A program made the position numbers and the translations under genes. DNA of 64,000 nt, taken from a virus. Shown here piece after piece: positions 1 to 9,459 of this stretch (the first letter of the stretch is position 1; each line of letters begins with the position of its first letter). The DNA is taken from IMG/VR virus record IMGVR_UViG_3300042448_000816, positions 32,001-96,000 of that record. The stretch is one strand, 5' to 3'. The notes under the pieces were generated by a model. It worked only from the letters and a program-made list of their open reading frames with translations. It had not been told where the DNA came from and ran no database searches.

Positions 1-1344
1 ATCTGCAAAAGATGCAATTCCAGTTAGGGATGTTCCAATGCGACGGTTACGTTGCATGATTCCGTTAGTTTGCTGCCAGTGAGTTGGAAGAAGTGTTACG
101 GTCTTTCCATATAGATAAGCAAACTTTAGAGTGCGTAGGAAGTCTTCCTTAGACTCGTGACGGTTTAGGTGTACCTCAACTAGGGTACATAGCTCGTAAG
201 ACTCTAGTGGCTGTTCTGCACATGGATTAAAGCCTACTACACGGTAGTCTGCACCGTCTGGCTGATCTGCCAAACGTCCGTAGTTACGGGCAACGTCTAG
301 CCAAATAAAACCTGGCTCACCATTGTCTACAATGCGATCTACATACTTTGAGTAATCCATTCCCACAGTAGCAGAGATAGAGTTGTTGCTCATCCATGCC
401 CATCCTGGAGCATCTGGGTCATAGCTGTTACGCTCTGGGAAAGCTTCTGCATTTTTTAGATTTAGGAAATCATCATCACCCTCTACACCTAAAGCTAGTG
501 TTGCGGAACGACGTACGTTTCCAGAAACAACACATGTTCCAATTAGATTAATAATATCTACAATAGCTCTTGAGTCTAGTGTCTCTCCAGCACGTCCACC
601 AATTACTTTACGAATCTGCTCGTGAAGTTGCTGTAATGGTGCTGGCCCAGAAGCAGTTCCTCCAAATCCCTTGATTGGTGCACCCAAAGGTCTAATAAGT
701 GAGTAGTCTAGCTCTTGCAAATTTTGGTTTGGTCTTAGGAATGAATTAAGAAGAAGTCTTGTTGCCTCTACCCAACCTTCACGAGTGTCTGGGATCTCAT
801 AGACTGTCTTTGGTTCTACAGGTGCATGAATTGGCAAGGCCTTGTCTTGTCCAAGGGTATCAAATCCAACACCAATGCCAAGCATAAGAGCATCCATTAC
901 CCAAGCAAACAATGCACCTGGATCATTCTTGTCTAAGTCTTTTGTGGATACGACAGCACAGTTTTGTAGGGCTGCAGAGTTACGCTTTTCCATTGTGAGT
1001 GGTGTTCCAAATGTCCACATACCACGGCCTGGGGGAGTCCACTTTAAGTTGAACATACGGTCAAAAGCCTCTTGTGCTGACTTCTGAGCCTTGTAGTCAT
1101 TCCATGGAAGACGGTTGTCCTTAGCATGATTCTTCTGAACAGAGTACATACCCTCAATAACTCTCTTACAAACTTCATACCAGCGTTCCTTCGTTCCATC
1201 TTCTTTGATACGAGAATAGGTTCTAGCAAAAGTAATTTCTCCAATGGAGTTTTCTCCCGCATCTCTGAAACCAAATGGTGCCTCTACAGTGCTGTATTTT
1301 TCAACAAAATCTGTTGGTAGGCTGAAGGAGAAAAAGTCGGACAT
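1..1344 (-). CDS. nrdJ: Class II (adenosylcobalamin-dependent, monomeric RTPR-type) ribonucleotide reductase; 3' end runs off the window
   Basis: Not in the ORF track because it has no stop in the window. Manual translation from ATG 1344 gives MSDFFSFSLP...RTYSRIKEDGTKERW...KWTPPGRGMW...LQNC...GNVRRSATLALG...GFNPCAEQPLESYELCTLVE...NRRIGTSLTG. NPCxE is the catalytic motif. Confidence 0.93.
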   Translation of the reverse strand, partial: MSDFFSFSLPTDFVEKYSTVEAPFGFRDAGENSIGEITFARTYSRIKEDGTKERWYEVCKRVIEGMYSVQKNHAKDNRLPWNDYKAQKSAQEAFDRMFNLKWTPPGRGMWTFGTPLTMEKRNSAALQNCAVVSTKDLDKNDPGALFAWVMDALMLGIGVGFDTLGQDKALPIHAPVEPKTVYEIPDTREGWVEATRLLLNSFLRPNQNLQELDYSLIRPLGAPIKGFGGTASGPAPLQQLHEQIRKVIGGRAGETLDSRAIVDIINLIGTCVVSGNVRRSATLALGVEGDDDFLNLKNAEAFPERNSYDPDAPGWAWMSNNSISATVGMDYSKYVDRIVDNGEPGFIWLDVARNYGRLADQPDGADYRVVGFNPCAEQPLESYELCTLVEVHLNRHESKEDFLRTLKFAYLYGKTVTLLPTHWQQTNGIMQRNRRIGTSLTGIASFAD

Positions 1345-1379
1345 AAAGTTATTACCTTTCGAGAGTGGGATAGAAATCT

Positions 1380-1388
1380 ATTATAGCA
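1380..1388 (-). promoter_or_regulatory. Extended -10 promoter element (TGCTATAAT) upstream of nrdJ
   Basis: TGnTATAAT in an intergenic gap; member of a recurrent motif set. Confidence 0.6.
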
Positions 1389-1470
1389 CAGTGTTTTTAG
1401 AAACACAAAACGCTCCTTAAAGTTTTACTTTAGAGTTTTGTAAAAACAAAAACTGTTAACAAAAAGAGCG

Positions 1471-3252
1471 TTAAATTAAATCATACCCTTGTAGATATTC
1501 TTCTACTTCTTTTGGCATTGGCTTATATTGTATCACATTCTTGGGAAGATCCTCTGTTCTTTTTGACCTGTCCCTAAACGTATGAATCTCTACCTCAGAA
1601 TTGTTATCTTTTACAGTGTGACTAATTGCTCCAAAGATTGCACCACAAACAGCATCAGCTAAGTCCTTAGAGCTTTTTCTAGGATGATCTACCCTGTTGT
1701 TTTTCATTATCTTAAGTTCTGTAAGTTCTTCAAAGAGTAATTCAATTGCTGGCATAGCTAGTCTTTCTTCATACATAAGCATTGCCATGTCTTCGTAATG
1801 CTTCTTTGCCACTGATACTGTTTCAGTTCTAATACCCACAGATTTTAGCTCATTCTGTATATCAAAAGACTGCCAACGGTCAAAGCTAACCATTCCAATA
1901 TCAAAGCCCTGTCTACGCAGGTTTTGAATCCACTGCTTTACTTCCGAAAGATTTACTGGGCCTTCAACCTTTGGCTCCCAATAGACAACTGCATCCACGA
2001 TAACCATAGGGACAACCTGCTCATAATCTTTCATAACTTGAACTGATACCCACTTCTCTACGTGAGCAATTGCCACTGCACACTTGTCATGCTTCTGTGC
2101 AAGGTCAGCATGAACAAAGTATTTCTTATTTGGATCTGGGGTGAATGTCTCGTCAAATCTTTTTGAGGAATCAATCGGATTCCTGATTGTCATACAAGCC
2201 CTAACCTTTTCACGCTGCTTAAAGAATGCGTCAGATGCAAAAGTTGGAACGCAGGCAAACCTTTGCATAGCATCTCCTATGTCTGTATAGAAGGCCAGCT
2301 TAAAGTCGTCGATAGTTCTTGTCGGATTTACTACCCATGTTGGTCTTTTTAATGCAAAGACTCCTGGATATTTGTATGATGTGATGATGTCTTCATCCCA
2401 TTCTATTTGAAGAGAATTTCCCTCAGCCTCTTCTGGCAAATCTGGATTCATTATGAACGTATGTTTTTGACTAATGCTTTCTTTTTCAGCAATAACAGAG
2501 TCATACCTTTGTGAAATAAAGTCTCCAGGGAACCGTGGGAAAGATAGTAGAGCTACCTTTCCTAGGTCTGGAAATCGAGAGTCTACAGAAGCACGAAAAG
2601 CTTTGTAGATGTTGTCAGCCGTCTTACCCTGGTCGTTACCCCCACCAATTTCTTGTGCGAATCCAGAGATCTCATCTAGCACTGCTAGGATAAGGTTAAG
2701 TCCCTCATGAGACTCACGCTCAGAGTGTCCAGAGTAAACTGTAATAGCTTTATCAAATTCAATAGACTCTGCTTTTGCATAAAACTTTCCAGCAAACCAA
2801 GGAGATCTTTCTATTTTATTTTTAAATCCTTTGAAGAAAACGTTCTTAGCTTGCTGAGCATTAATCGCCACGTTAATGATATCAATCGCATCGCCAGCTG
2901 GTTTTCCGAAATATCTCGCTGGGTCCTTAAGACAAAGGAGCTTGTATACGATGTAAGAACAAGCAACAGTAGACGTAAAATCCTTGCCAGATCCTTTGCC
3001 AAGCTGCAGAATAACTTCGTTTTTTGTATATTTTTTATAATATTTTGTCCCTTCTTCCTGTCCCATTAAATTAATTAAATCTTCTAGCTTATAGATTTGA
3101 CTCATAGCCTCAACAATGTCGTATTGAACATCTGACAATGGTGGCTGGGCCAGGTAGTCTTCGCCCTCTACAAATGTTTTTGCATCAACTGGTGTCTCGT
3201 CAAAGTTACTATCTTTTAAGACTTCTAAAAATTCATCAAACATCGCTGACAA
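1471..3252 (-). CDS. terL: Terminase large subunit
   Basis: Walker A LGKGSGKD, Walker B VLDEISG, C-terminal RNase H-like nuclease (HADLAQKHD ... DHPRKSSKDLADA). Confidence 0.92.
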   Translation of the reverse strand: MSAMFDEFLEVLKDSNFDETPVDAKTFVEGEDYLAQPPLSDVQYDIVEAMSQIYKLEDLINLMGQEEGTKYYKKYTKNEVILQLGKGSGKDFTSTVACSYIVYKLLCLKDPARYFGKPAGDAIDIINVAINAQQAKNVFFKGFKNKIERSPWFAGKFYAKAESIEFDKAITVYSGHSERESHEGLNLILAVLDEISGFAQEIGGGNDQGKTADNIYKAFRASVDSRFPDLGKVALLSFPRFPGDFISQRYDSVIAEKESISQKHTFIMNPDLPEEAEGNSLQIEWDEDIITSYKYPGVFALKRPTWVVNPTRTIDDFKLAFYTDIGDAMQRFACVPTFASDAFFKQREKVRACMTIRNPIDSSKRFDETFTPDPNKKYFVHADLAQKHDKCAVAIAHVEKWVSVQVMKDYEQVVPMVIVDAVVYWEPKVEGPVNLSEVKQWIQNLRRQGFDIGMVSFDRWQSFDIQNELKSVGIRTETVSVAKKHYEDMAMLMYEERLAMPAIELLFEELTELKIMKNNRVDHPRKSSKDLADAVCGAIFGAISHTVKDNNSEVEIHTFRDRSKRTEDLPKNVIQYKPMPKEVEEYLQGYDLI

Positions 3253-3769
3253 TCGTAATTACCTCTTTGTCTTTTGAAACAGCAGATAGCCTACGCATAA
3301 TCTCGTCTCGTATTTGTGGATGCTCTGAAGCAATGTCTTTAAGAATGTTTACTAGGACGTCTTGCTTTCTTTCAATCTCTAGCATCTCTTCTGCTAGTTC
3401 TTTGTTTTCTAGCAGTCCAGCTTTTTGTAGCATATCAATTCTTCTTGCCTCAATGTCAAGAACTAACTTAATAGCAGCTGTCTTTGCACTTAGGTTTGCA
3501 GTTGTGGTAGCATCATCGATAACCTCATAAGCTTTACTGATTAGCTTATTATAGTGTGTGTCTGCTCCAACTAAAGCTTCCTTGGCCCTTGCACGAATAG
3601 CGGCATTGTCGGAAGCCATCTGCTTCCATTCATTAATATAACCAACGACCTTTTGTCTGGGGATATCAAGCTCTTTGGATATCTGGGTTGCTTCGCTACC
3701 CTTAAGGTATTCTTCTACGACCCTATTCACCTTGTCTAGGTGTTCAATTAGGTTATCTTCAGTTGACAT
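3236..3769 (-). CDS. Probable terminase small subunit / HTH protein
   Basis: N-terminal HTH (ATQISKELDIPRQKVVGYI), helical body, overlaps terL start. Confidence 0.6.
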   Translation of the reverse strand: MSTEDNLIEHLDKVNRVVEEYLKGSEATQISKELDIPRQKVVGYINEWKQMASDNAAIRARAKEALVGADTHYNKLISKAYEVIDDATTTANLSAKTAAIKLVLDIEARRIDMLQKAGLLENKELAEEMLEIERKQDVLVNILKDIASEHPQIRDEIMRRLSAVSKDKEVITIVSDV

Positions 3770-4040
3770 TCTTCTTACCCCTTTTTATTGGCATTAGTTT
3801 AATTCTATCAGATCTGAACGATCTCCATCCAGAAACTACTCCTTTGCTTAATTCAAAGCAGTCTACCCACTGAACCCCAGTCTCTTTGTTAGTAACAAGA
3901 CTATCAAACTTAAACTTTGAACCATACTCTCCAGCTATCTTGATGACTTCTCCAGAAACAAGGACCCTGTTGCCAATTTGCATTTCTTTTACCTTTTCAA
4001 ATTTAGTCTCTTGTACTGGTGCAAGCCTTCTTTTATTCAC
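3759..4040 (-). CDS. Hypothetical SH3-like beta-barrel protein
   Basis: ORF tightly packed between neighbours; GTG at 4040 is the likelier start; ends with WRSFRSDRI. Confidence 0.55.
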   Translation of the reverse strand: MNKRRLAPVQETKFEKVKEMQIGNRVLVSGEVIKIAGEYGSKFKFDSLVTNKETGVQWVDCFELSKGVVSGWRSFRSDRIKLMPIKRGKKNVN

Positions 4041-4305
4041 TAGGAGCTCTCTCTTTGGCAATCTTAAGAAGTATCAGGTAACCAAGCAGGTCATCAATCT
4101 CATTATCCCCTGGCCAGTCATGGCCATTCTGTATTCTTGAAAGCTTGTCATCAATACGTACCAGCAACTGCTCAACGTTATCAGACTTAGAAAATATTCT
4201 TGAAGGATGCAGGGCGGAGTCTCCGTAAGACCTATTCTTGGAAATTAGCAAATCTCTAACCTGATCTGAAACTCTTGCAATATCTTTTTCTGTTTGTGCA
4301 CTCAT
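4033..4305 (-). CDS. Nucleotide-modification-associated domain protein (DUF1599/Nmad1-like, all-alpha NTP-PPase-like)
   Basis: KNRSYGDS...RIDDKLSRI...DDLLGYLIL motif pattern. Confidence 0.7.
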   Translation of the reverse strand: MSAQTEKDIARVSDQVRDLLISKNRSYGDSALHPSRIFSKSDNVEQLLVRIDDKLSRIQNGHDWPGDNEIDDLLGYLILLKIAKERAPSE

Positions 4306-4315
4306 TTTTTAGTCC

Positions 4316-4843
4316 TTAATCTTCCTTGATCTGGTCTGTTCGCCAGGTACCTTTCCATTTTTCATAAAGCTTGTTTACAGAAACTTGGTTCTCTCTACCA
4401 TGCCTGTAGATAGTTTCAATCACCTCATGATCAATCTGAATTGGATGAGAGAACTTATCGCATTTGCTTATGTAATTTTGAGTCCAGTCAATTTCTTGCT
4501 GCACTGCTTCTAGTTTACTAGAAATTTCTGGAATGTCAAGTTGGCTCAAGGTATTACGCTCATAAAGCCCTAGATATGACCCAAAGCATCTTGGCCCGCA
4601 CATAATGCATGAGGACCCATCTGTATCAAATAAACTCATCAAAAGATCGTTATCTCTAATAACAATGCTGTCTTGTAGGAAAATAAATCTATCTATGTTT
4701 GTATTTTCATACACCCACTTAATTTTTCCAAGCTCTTGGCCAGGCCCTGAAACTACAATGGCTGGAACACTTAGCGAAGACAAGCAGTCGTTCACCCAGT
4801 GTGCCCTGCCTGGCGAGGTTGCAATAACAATTGCTTGCTTCAA
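4316..4843 (-). CDS. Glycosyltransferase-like hypothetical protein (degenerate GT-A)
   Basis: IVIAT...CLSSL N-terminus; ELGKI...FIFLQDS where a DxD-type motif would lie; coupled to a cytidylyltransferase. Confidence 0.45.
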   Translation of the reverse strand: MKQAIVIATSPGRAHWVNDCLSSLSVPAIVVSGPGQELGKIKWVYENTNIDRFIFLQDSIVIRDNDLLMSLFDTDGSSCIMCGPRCFGSYLGLYERNTLSQLDIPEISSKLEAVQQEIDWTQNYISKCDKFSHPIQIDHEVIETIYRHGRENQVSVNKLYEKWKGTWRTDQIKED

Positions 4844-5268
4844 TTCTTTATCCTATTCTTAATTGCTGTTGTTGAGACATGCCTGGTGTAAGGAACATAG
4901 ACCAGGCCAATGCCTCTGGCATCTAGCCAGTCTTGACTAAAGCTCATCTGGCTGTAATAATCTTTTTTTGCCCAGTCAGAACCGATGACTATATAGTCAG
5001 GATCTGAAATCTGAATAGAAATTTTTGAATCGGTTCCCCCCAGGTTTGGTACTACGGAATCTACGTACTGACAAGCTTCTAACACTGCTTTTCTTTCTTC
5101 GTATGTACAAGCTGGATTTTTTCCTTTATATTCAAAGATAAACTCATCAGTGTTTAGCGAAACAATAACTGTTCCATCTAATCCAGCAATATCCTTGCAC
5201 CTTTTTAAAAGATTTACATGGCCAGAATGAAAGAGGTCAAAGGTTCCCCCTGTATATACAACGCTCAT
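4840..5268 (-). CDS. Cytidylyltransferase (TagD/glycerol-3-phosphate cytidylyltransferase-like)
   Basis: YTGGTFDLFHSGH (HxGH), IGSDW, STTAIK. Confidence 0.88.
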   Translation of the reverse strand: MSVVYTGGTFDLFHSGHVNLLKRCKDIAGLDGTVIVSLNTDEFIFEYKGKNPACTYEERKAVLEACQYVDSVVPNLGGTDSKISIQISDPDYIVIGSDWAKKDYYSQMSFSQDWLDARGIGLVYVPYTRHVSTTAIKNRIKN

Positions 5269-5420
5269 CTTCTACTTTTCCTTAGTCCAAACTTTGCCAG
5301 ATAGACATATATAGTCTCTACACTTGTTCCACACTCTTTAGCGATGTCTTCAGGACTCTTTTTGTCTAGCCAGTACCTCTTCTTAAGCCAGGCCTCGCTG
5401 GTGTATAGCTTTGCTGCCAT
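5265..5420 (-). CDS. Small HTH DNA-binding protein
   Basis: SPEDIAKECGTSVETIYVYL; ATG 5420 lies right after the upstream stop. Confidence 0.7.
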   Translation of the reverse strand: MAAKLYTSEAWLKKRYWLDKKSPEDIAKECGTSVETIYVYLAKFGLRKSRR

Positions 5421-5421
5421 T

Positions 5422-5997
5422 TTATAAACCAAGCTTTCCTGGATTGTTGACCGCATAGTGTCCAATTGCTACAGCATCCGCAACATCATTGTCATCTATT
5501 TTCTTGTCGTAATAAGTGTTTACAAACTTGATTGTTCTTTGCTTTCTAAACTCTCTCTCGATTGTTTTTAGGGTAGACGGAGCTTTATTCGGGTTGTTCT
5601 TTGCTACCTCTAGTTTTTCAGGAGTGGTAAGTTTTTTATTTCCTATAAAATTTTGCCAAGTAATGGGGCTGACTGATCCAAATCTTTTTACCCCAACAAT
5701 TCTAGCTGCTCCAAGAAGGCCACCCTGAACTAGAGCAAGATCTGCAGCAGTCTTTGGACTATTCATAAACACTGTGTGCTCAATTACAATTGCATCAATA
5801 TCAAACTTTTCAAAGAAAGCTACTGACTTTCTTGCAGCATCCCCTACTTTAGAGTAAGTGTCTGAACCCTTAAAGTTAATCTTGCCACAGGCAACTAAAG
5901 ACTTGTCACTAAAAATGGCAAAGGCTAAACTATTGGTGCTGGCATCTATAGCACAAATATTTTTAGGAGTATCTATTAATAGATTAAGATTTACCAT
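5422..5997 (-). CDS. RuvC-like Holliday junction resolvase
   Basis: AIDAST, IVIEH, DVADAVAIG acidic catalytic motifs. Confidence 0.8.
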   Translation of the reverse strand: MVNLNLLIDTPKNICAIDASTNSLAFAIFSDKSLVACGKINFKGSDTYSKVGDAARKSVAFFEKFDIDAIVIEHTVFMNSPKTAADLALVQGGLLGAARIVGVKRFGSVSPITWQNFIGNKKLTTPEKLEVAKNNPNKAPSTLKTIEREFRKQRTIKFVNTYYDKKIDDNDVADAVAIGHYAVNNPGKLGL

Positions 5998-6268
5998 TAG
6001 ACAACCTCTTTATATCCTTCAGAGCAATGGAGATGTCAACAGGATTAATTAAACATTTGCTACAGATTGGATCGTCATTATAGATTGACAAGTTTTGATC
6101 ACACTTCTTGCACTTTCTAACTTTACCAGTCCTACGACTAATTCTAGAAAGCTGATATCTTTCTGCAATCTTTTGTTTAGTTGCTCCGTCCCTACATTCA
6201 GGAGAGCAATATATTTGATAGGAAACCTTAGTTTCAAAACTTAGGTCACACCATTGACAGTGCTTCAT
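5984..6268 (-). CDS. Zinc-finger hypothetical protein
   Basis: Four CxxC/CxxxC pairs; overlaps both neighbours. Confidence 0.65.
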   Translation of the reverse strand: MKHCQWCDLSFETKVSYQIYCSPECRDGATKQKIAERYQLSRISRRTGKVRKCKKCDQNLSIYNDDPICSKCLINPVDISIALKDIKRLSNGKS

Positions 6269-7052
6269 CTAGCGGCTCCAGGGACTTAATCTTTATCTCC
6301 CCAGTTCCCGCCACATCACAAGTTGCCCTGATAGGACAAGTCTTGCAAATTTTTGAATTGGACCTATAGTTTTTCTCTGGCAGGGTTTTATTTTCCCAAG
6401 CCTTCCTAACTGTTCTCATCCATTCAAAAGCGTTCTCTACCCACTTAAAAGAATACTCATTTAATTCTACAGGAAAAATCAATAGCTCGTGATTGTTTTT
6501 ATTTTCATAAATCATCACAGCCTTGCTCTTATTTAAAATCTTCATATAAATAAGTAACTGAATCAGATGTCCTGATTTTGGCTTTCCTGCAATTTTTCTA
6601 TACTCAAAACCTTCGTTGGGCATAGTCTTGATCTCACCAAGAAGATCCTGACCATCCCAGTCTAAAACAACATCTCCATAGCCAAAGATCGGTGGATCAG
6701 AGTATGTAATCTTAAACTCTGAATCTTTAAGGATGCCAGCATCGCCCATGGCTTTCTGAATTCTTTCATGAGACTTTGTTCCAGCCGTCATGTTTGCACC
6801 GCCGTAGGCATCTGCATTGTCTGTAAACATTGCACCCTCAAAAGCTAGATACCAATATCTAGGACATTCTCCGTGAGAGTATGCAATGGTTGATGGAGCA
6901 AAGCTTGTTTTTTTAGTAAACTTATCTACACGATTAACAATGTAGCCACTCTTAATTTTTTCAATAAGTGCTGCCTGGTCCAAAAAGGATGGCCTTGAAA
7001 GAATCTTTTGCTCTGTCTTTATCATTACTTGCTGCAGCAAACTTTTTGTCAT
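6246..7052 (-). CDS. Cas4-like PD-(D/E)XK exonuclease with Fe-S cysteines
   Basis: ECPRYWY, GDVVL...EIKT, QLLIYM, CKTCPIRATC. Confidence 0.82.
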   Translation of the reverse strand: MTKSLLQQVMIKTEQKILSRPSFLDQAALIEKIKSGYIVNRVDKFTKKTSFAPSTIAYSHGECPRYWYLAFEGAMFTDNADAYGGANMTAGTKSHERIQKAMGDAGILKDSEFKITYSDPPIFGYGDVVLDWDGQDLLGEIKTMPNEGFEYRKIAGKPKSGHLIQLLIYMKILNKSKAVMIYENKNNHELLIFPVELNEYSFKWVENAFEWMRTVRKAWENKTLPEKNYRSNSKICKTCPIRATCDVAGTGEIKIKSLEPLDEALSMV

Positions 7053-7078
7053 TGTTAAGCTCTTCTCTATATCCTTCT

Positions 7079-7084
7079 AGTATA
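7079..7084 (-). promoter_or_regulatory. -10 element (TATACT) upstream of the Cas4-like gene
   Basis: Intergenic; same motif family. Confidence 0.45.
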
Positions 7085-7086
7085 CA

Positions 7087-7392
7087 CTATCTGGCGATAT
7101 ATTTCAAGGCAGAGACCAAGTTATTAATGGCTTCTGCAGCAGTGTAGTATAGATTTTTCTTCCCACGATCTGACTTGTCCACATTAGCCATCCAAGTGGC
7201 TTTAAAGGCCATCTTAGCAGCTATTGCTTGTAGTCTTACTATTTCAATGGTGACTACATTGATAGGGATATCTGGCTTAATAATTACCTTGGCAATAAAG
7301 GTCAGGGCTGTATTTAGCTCCTCATCCTGCATATACTCTGCAATTTCAGATAGTCCGTTGATTGAGTCGATGGTTGTCTGCTGTTGTTCCAT
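7087..7392 (-). CDS. Hypothetical helical protein
   Basis: ORF in the operon; TATAAT lies 6 nt before the ATG. Confidence 0.7.
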   Translation of the reverse strand: MEQQQTTIDSINGLSEIAEYMQDEELNTALTFIAKVIIKPDIPINVVTIEIVRLQAIAAKMAFKATWMANVDKSDRGKKNLYYTAAEAINNLVSALKYIAR

Positions 7393-7398
7393 GAGAAT

Positions 7399-7404
7399 AT
7401 TATA
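7399..7404 (-). promoter_or_regulatory. -10 element TATAAT, leaderless geometry
   Basis: GGTATAAT-6 nt-ATG(7392), no SD. Confidence 0.55.
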
Positions 7405-8014
7405 CCTCAGATTCCTTATCGTATCCAGAGATGGCTAGCTTTTCTTTTGTGGTTGCACTTCCCTTACCCACAAACCAAGGAAGCAATTCATGATAAAGGT
7501 CTACCAGAAGATTTACGTCCTGAATCTGGTACTCTTTCATTTCCTTCCAGGCCTTTTTGTCGCCTTCCATGCAGCGAATCCATAGCTTAAATCCAGAGTG
7601 CTTCACCTTGGCCCCAACGTCTAGTTTTTGTGCAACATAGTCTAGCTTGTTCGATGGGAACAAGAAGTTAGCCTTTGTGATACTCATAAGGTCTAGATCT
7701 TTTGTAGGTGATGGTGGTGCCATCCTGTTCTCCAAAAACTCTCGATTAATATGCTTGTGGTCAAAAGCTGCAGAGTTCCAGCCGACTAGCAAGTCTGCTT
7801 CGTCCATTAGCTTGTGCAACTCTTTTAGCATTTCCTTTTTACCATCGTGGTAAACAGACTTAAAAATTACTTTCTTTCCGTCTAGCCACCTTGCACCAAA
7901 GCATAGCATCTCTGTGCTTTTGATGATTTGATCAATGCTAATGTTCTGGTCCCAAAGGCCCCATGCATAAACCTGCATTGGTGTTGTTTCTATATCTAGT
8001 AGTAATATTTTCAT
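7400..8014 (-). CDS. RNase H-like 3'-5' exonuclease (DEDDy/YprB-like)
   Basis: LLDIET, GWNSAAFD, YQIQDV. Confidence 0.82.
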   Translation of the reverse strand: MKILLLDIETTPMQVYAWGLWDQNISIDQIIKSTEMLCFGARWLDGKKVIFKSVYHDGKKEMLKELHKLMDEADLLVGWNSAAFDHKHINREFLENRMAPPSPTKDLDLMSITKANFLFPSNKLDYVAQKLDVGAKVKHSGFKLWIRCMEGDKKAWKEMKEYQIQDVNLLVDLYHELLPWFVGKGSATTKEKLAISGYDKESEV

Positions 8015-8017
8015 TTT

Positions 8018-8299
8018 TTATTTTCCTGTCAGTTCTTCTAGTATTGATAATTCTATAATTGCTAATCTTGTTTTCATTCCAGACTCTCCTAGCACGACTA
8101 CGATTGCTGGATCGTTGTTATTCTTAATCGCATCCGTAGTTGCTTTAGCCCATACATCTTTATTTAAGGTAAATGATTTACCGACTTCTTTAAAATCAAC
8201 AGTAAAGTTTTCCCACGAAGCATCACCTTTGTGAATGCCTCTGCCAGAATTCTTGTGCTGTTTAGCACCAAGCCTTTTGCTCTCACTTCTCTCGCTCAT
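8018..8299 (-). CDS. Small PD-(D/E)XK nuclease / Holliday junction resolvase-like
   Basis: NSGRG..KGDA...VDFKE pattern. Confidence 0.62.
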   Translation of the reverse strand: MSERSESKRLGAKQHKNSGRGIHKGDASWENFTVDFKEVGKSFTLNKDVWAKATTDAIKNNNDPAIVVVLGESGMKTRLAIIELSILEELTGK

Positions 8300-8459
8300 A
8301 GTCCCTCTTTGTCTTTGGTTTTAAGCTTACGTTTGTGATATGTTTTTCTGAACACATCCAGCTAAGCAGCTTATCCTCTCCATAACAGCGTAAAGACGTG
8401 ACTTCTTCTTTACAGGTATGGCACTTAAACTTGCCACTAATAACTATATACTTAGACAT
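8283..8459 (-). CDS. Small zinc-ribbon hypothetical protein (58 aa)
   Basis: Below the ORF-track cutoff. Manual translation: MSKYIVISGKFKCHTCKEEV...WMCSEKH...YEREK*. Fills the gap and overlaps both neighbours. Confidence 0.65.
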   Translation of the reverse strand: MSKYIVISGKFKCHTCKEEVTSLRCYGEDKLLSWMCSEKHITNVSLKPKTKRDYEREK

Positions 8460-9459
8460 CTAGCTTACTTCTAATTGAGGCCTCTAGATCTTTGTCTTCT
8501 TTTACCTTATTGACAAATCCGTCCCTGCCCTGGACCTTAGACCCGTCTGGGAGGATGTACCAGGCCCCAGAACGCTCTACAATTCCTAAAAGCTCTGCAG
8601 TGTCCACTAGGTCCCCAATGGCGTCTATACCGATTGTGTCGCCTCTGAAGTAGAAGTCATATTCCCCAGCATCTCCTGGGGCAGAGGTCTTAGAGTTTTG
8701 GACTTCCCAGAGGACTCTTCTACCCATCTTTTGCTCAATCAGCTTATCCCCAACCTTAATCTTTCCCTTAATAGCCTTAGAGTCTGAGCTAGAAGAAAAC
8801 AGCTTAACTATTGTAGAAGACATGAACTGAGTAGTCAGTCCTCCAGTGGGAACAGACTGTGTATACATGGCTTGAATGTTGTTTCTGGCTTGAGAAATGG
8901 CAATTATTAGAGCTGGCTTTTCACGATTGTTAGCGTAGTTTAGCATCAGCCAGGCATGCTTCAGGTCTTTAGACTCTGCACCAATTTGTTTGGTCTGGTC
9001 TAAAGCCTTTAGCTCATCAGAATCTTTCTCAAAGTATACGGCTGGAAGAAGAGAGCTAATACTATCAATCACAATAATGTCTACACCTGCGTGAAGAAGT
9101 GCAACACCAACGTCTACCATATCGTTTATACTTCTAGCTTCAGAGTATATTAGCTTAGATGTATCTACCCCAAGCTTTTTTGCCCAATCTTCATCATAGG
9201 ACATCTCTGCATCTACCCAAGCACAGAGCTTTCCCTCTTTTTGTGCCATAGCAATTGTTTGCAAGCAAAGAGAAGATTTTGCACTGGACTTGCTTCCCCA
9301 AAGAAGAACTTGTCTTCCATACGGAAATCCGCCGCCAAGTGCTCTGTTAAGACCCACGCTTGGGGTAGGCTGTAGTTCTGTTTTAACACCTACTCCAGAA
9401 CCGATTCTTTTTCTAATCTTTGGATCTAAAAGTGCAAAAGCTTCTTCTATAGTTGTCAT
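8452..9459 (-). CDS. recA: RecA-family recombinase
   Basis: LGGGFPYGR, Walker A variant GSKSSAKS, DAE, VIDSIS, SQ, SGAWY. Confidence 0.92.
   Translation of the reverse strand: MTTIEEAFALLDPKIRKRIGSGVGVKTELQPTPSVGLNRALGGGFPYGRQVLLWGSKSSAKSSLCLQTIAMAQKEGKLCAWVDAEMSYDEDWAKKLGVDTSKLIYSEARSINDMVDVGVALLHAGVDIIVIDSISSLLPAVYFEKDSDELKALDQTKQIGAESKDLKHAWLMLNYANNREKPALIIAISQARNNIQAMYTQSVPTGGLTTQFMSSTIVKLFSSSSDSKAIKGKIKVGDKLIEQKMGRRVLWEVQNSKTSAPGDAGEYDFYFRGDTIGIDAIGDLVDTAELLGIVERSGAWYILPDGSKVQGRDGFVNKVKEDKDLEASIRSKLDV

Noticed and set aside
1391-1470. Structured RNA, terminator or NrdR box between terL and nrdJ
   Set aside because: Only short AT-rich imperfect hairpins; no convincing NrdR palindrome or riboswitch.
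6246-7052. CRISPR-Cas system suggested by the Cas4-like gene
   Set aside because: No repeat-spacer array or other cas genes were seen; solo Cas4-like nucleases are common in phage recombination modules.
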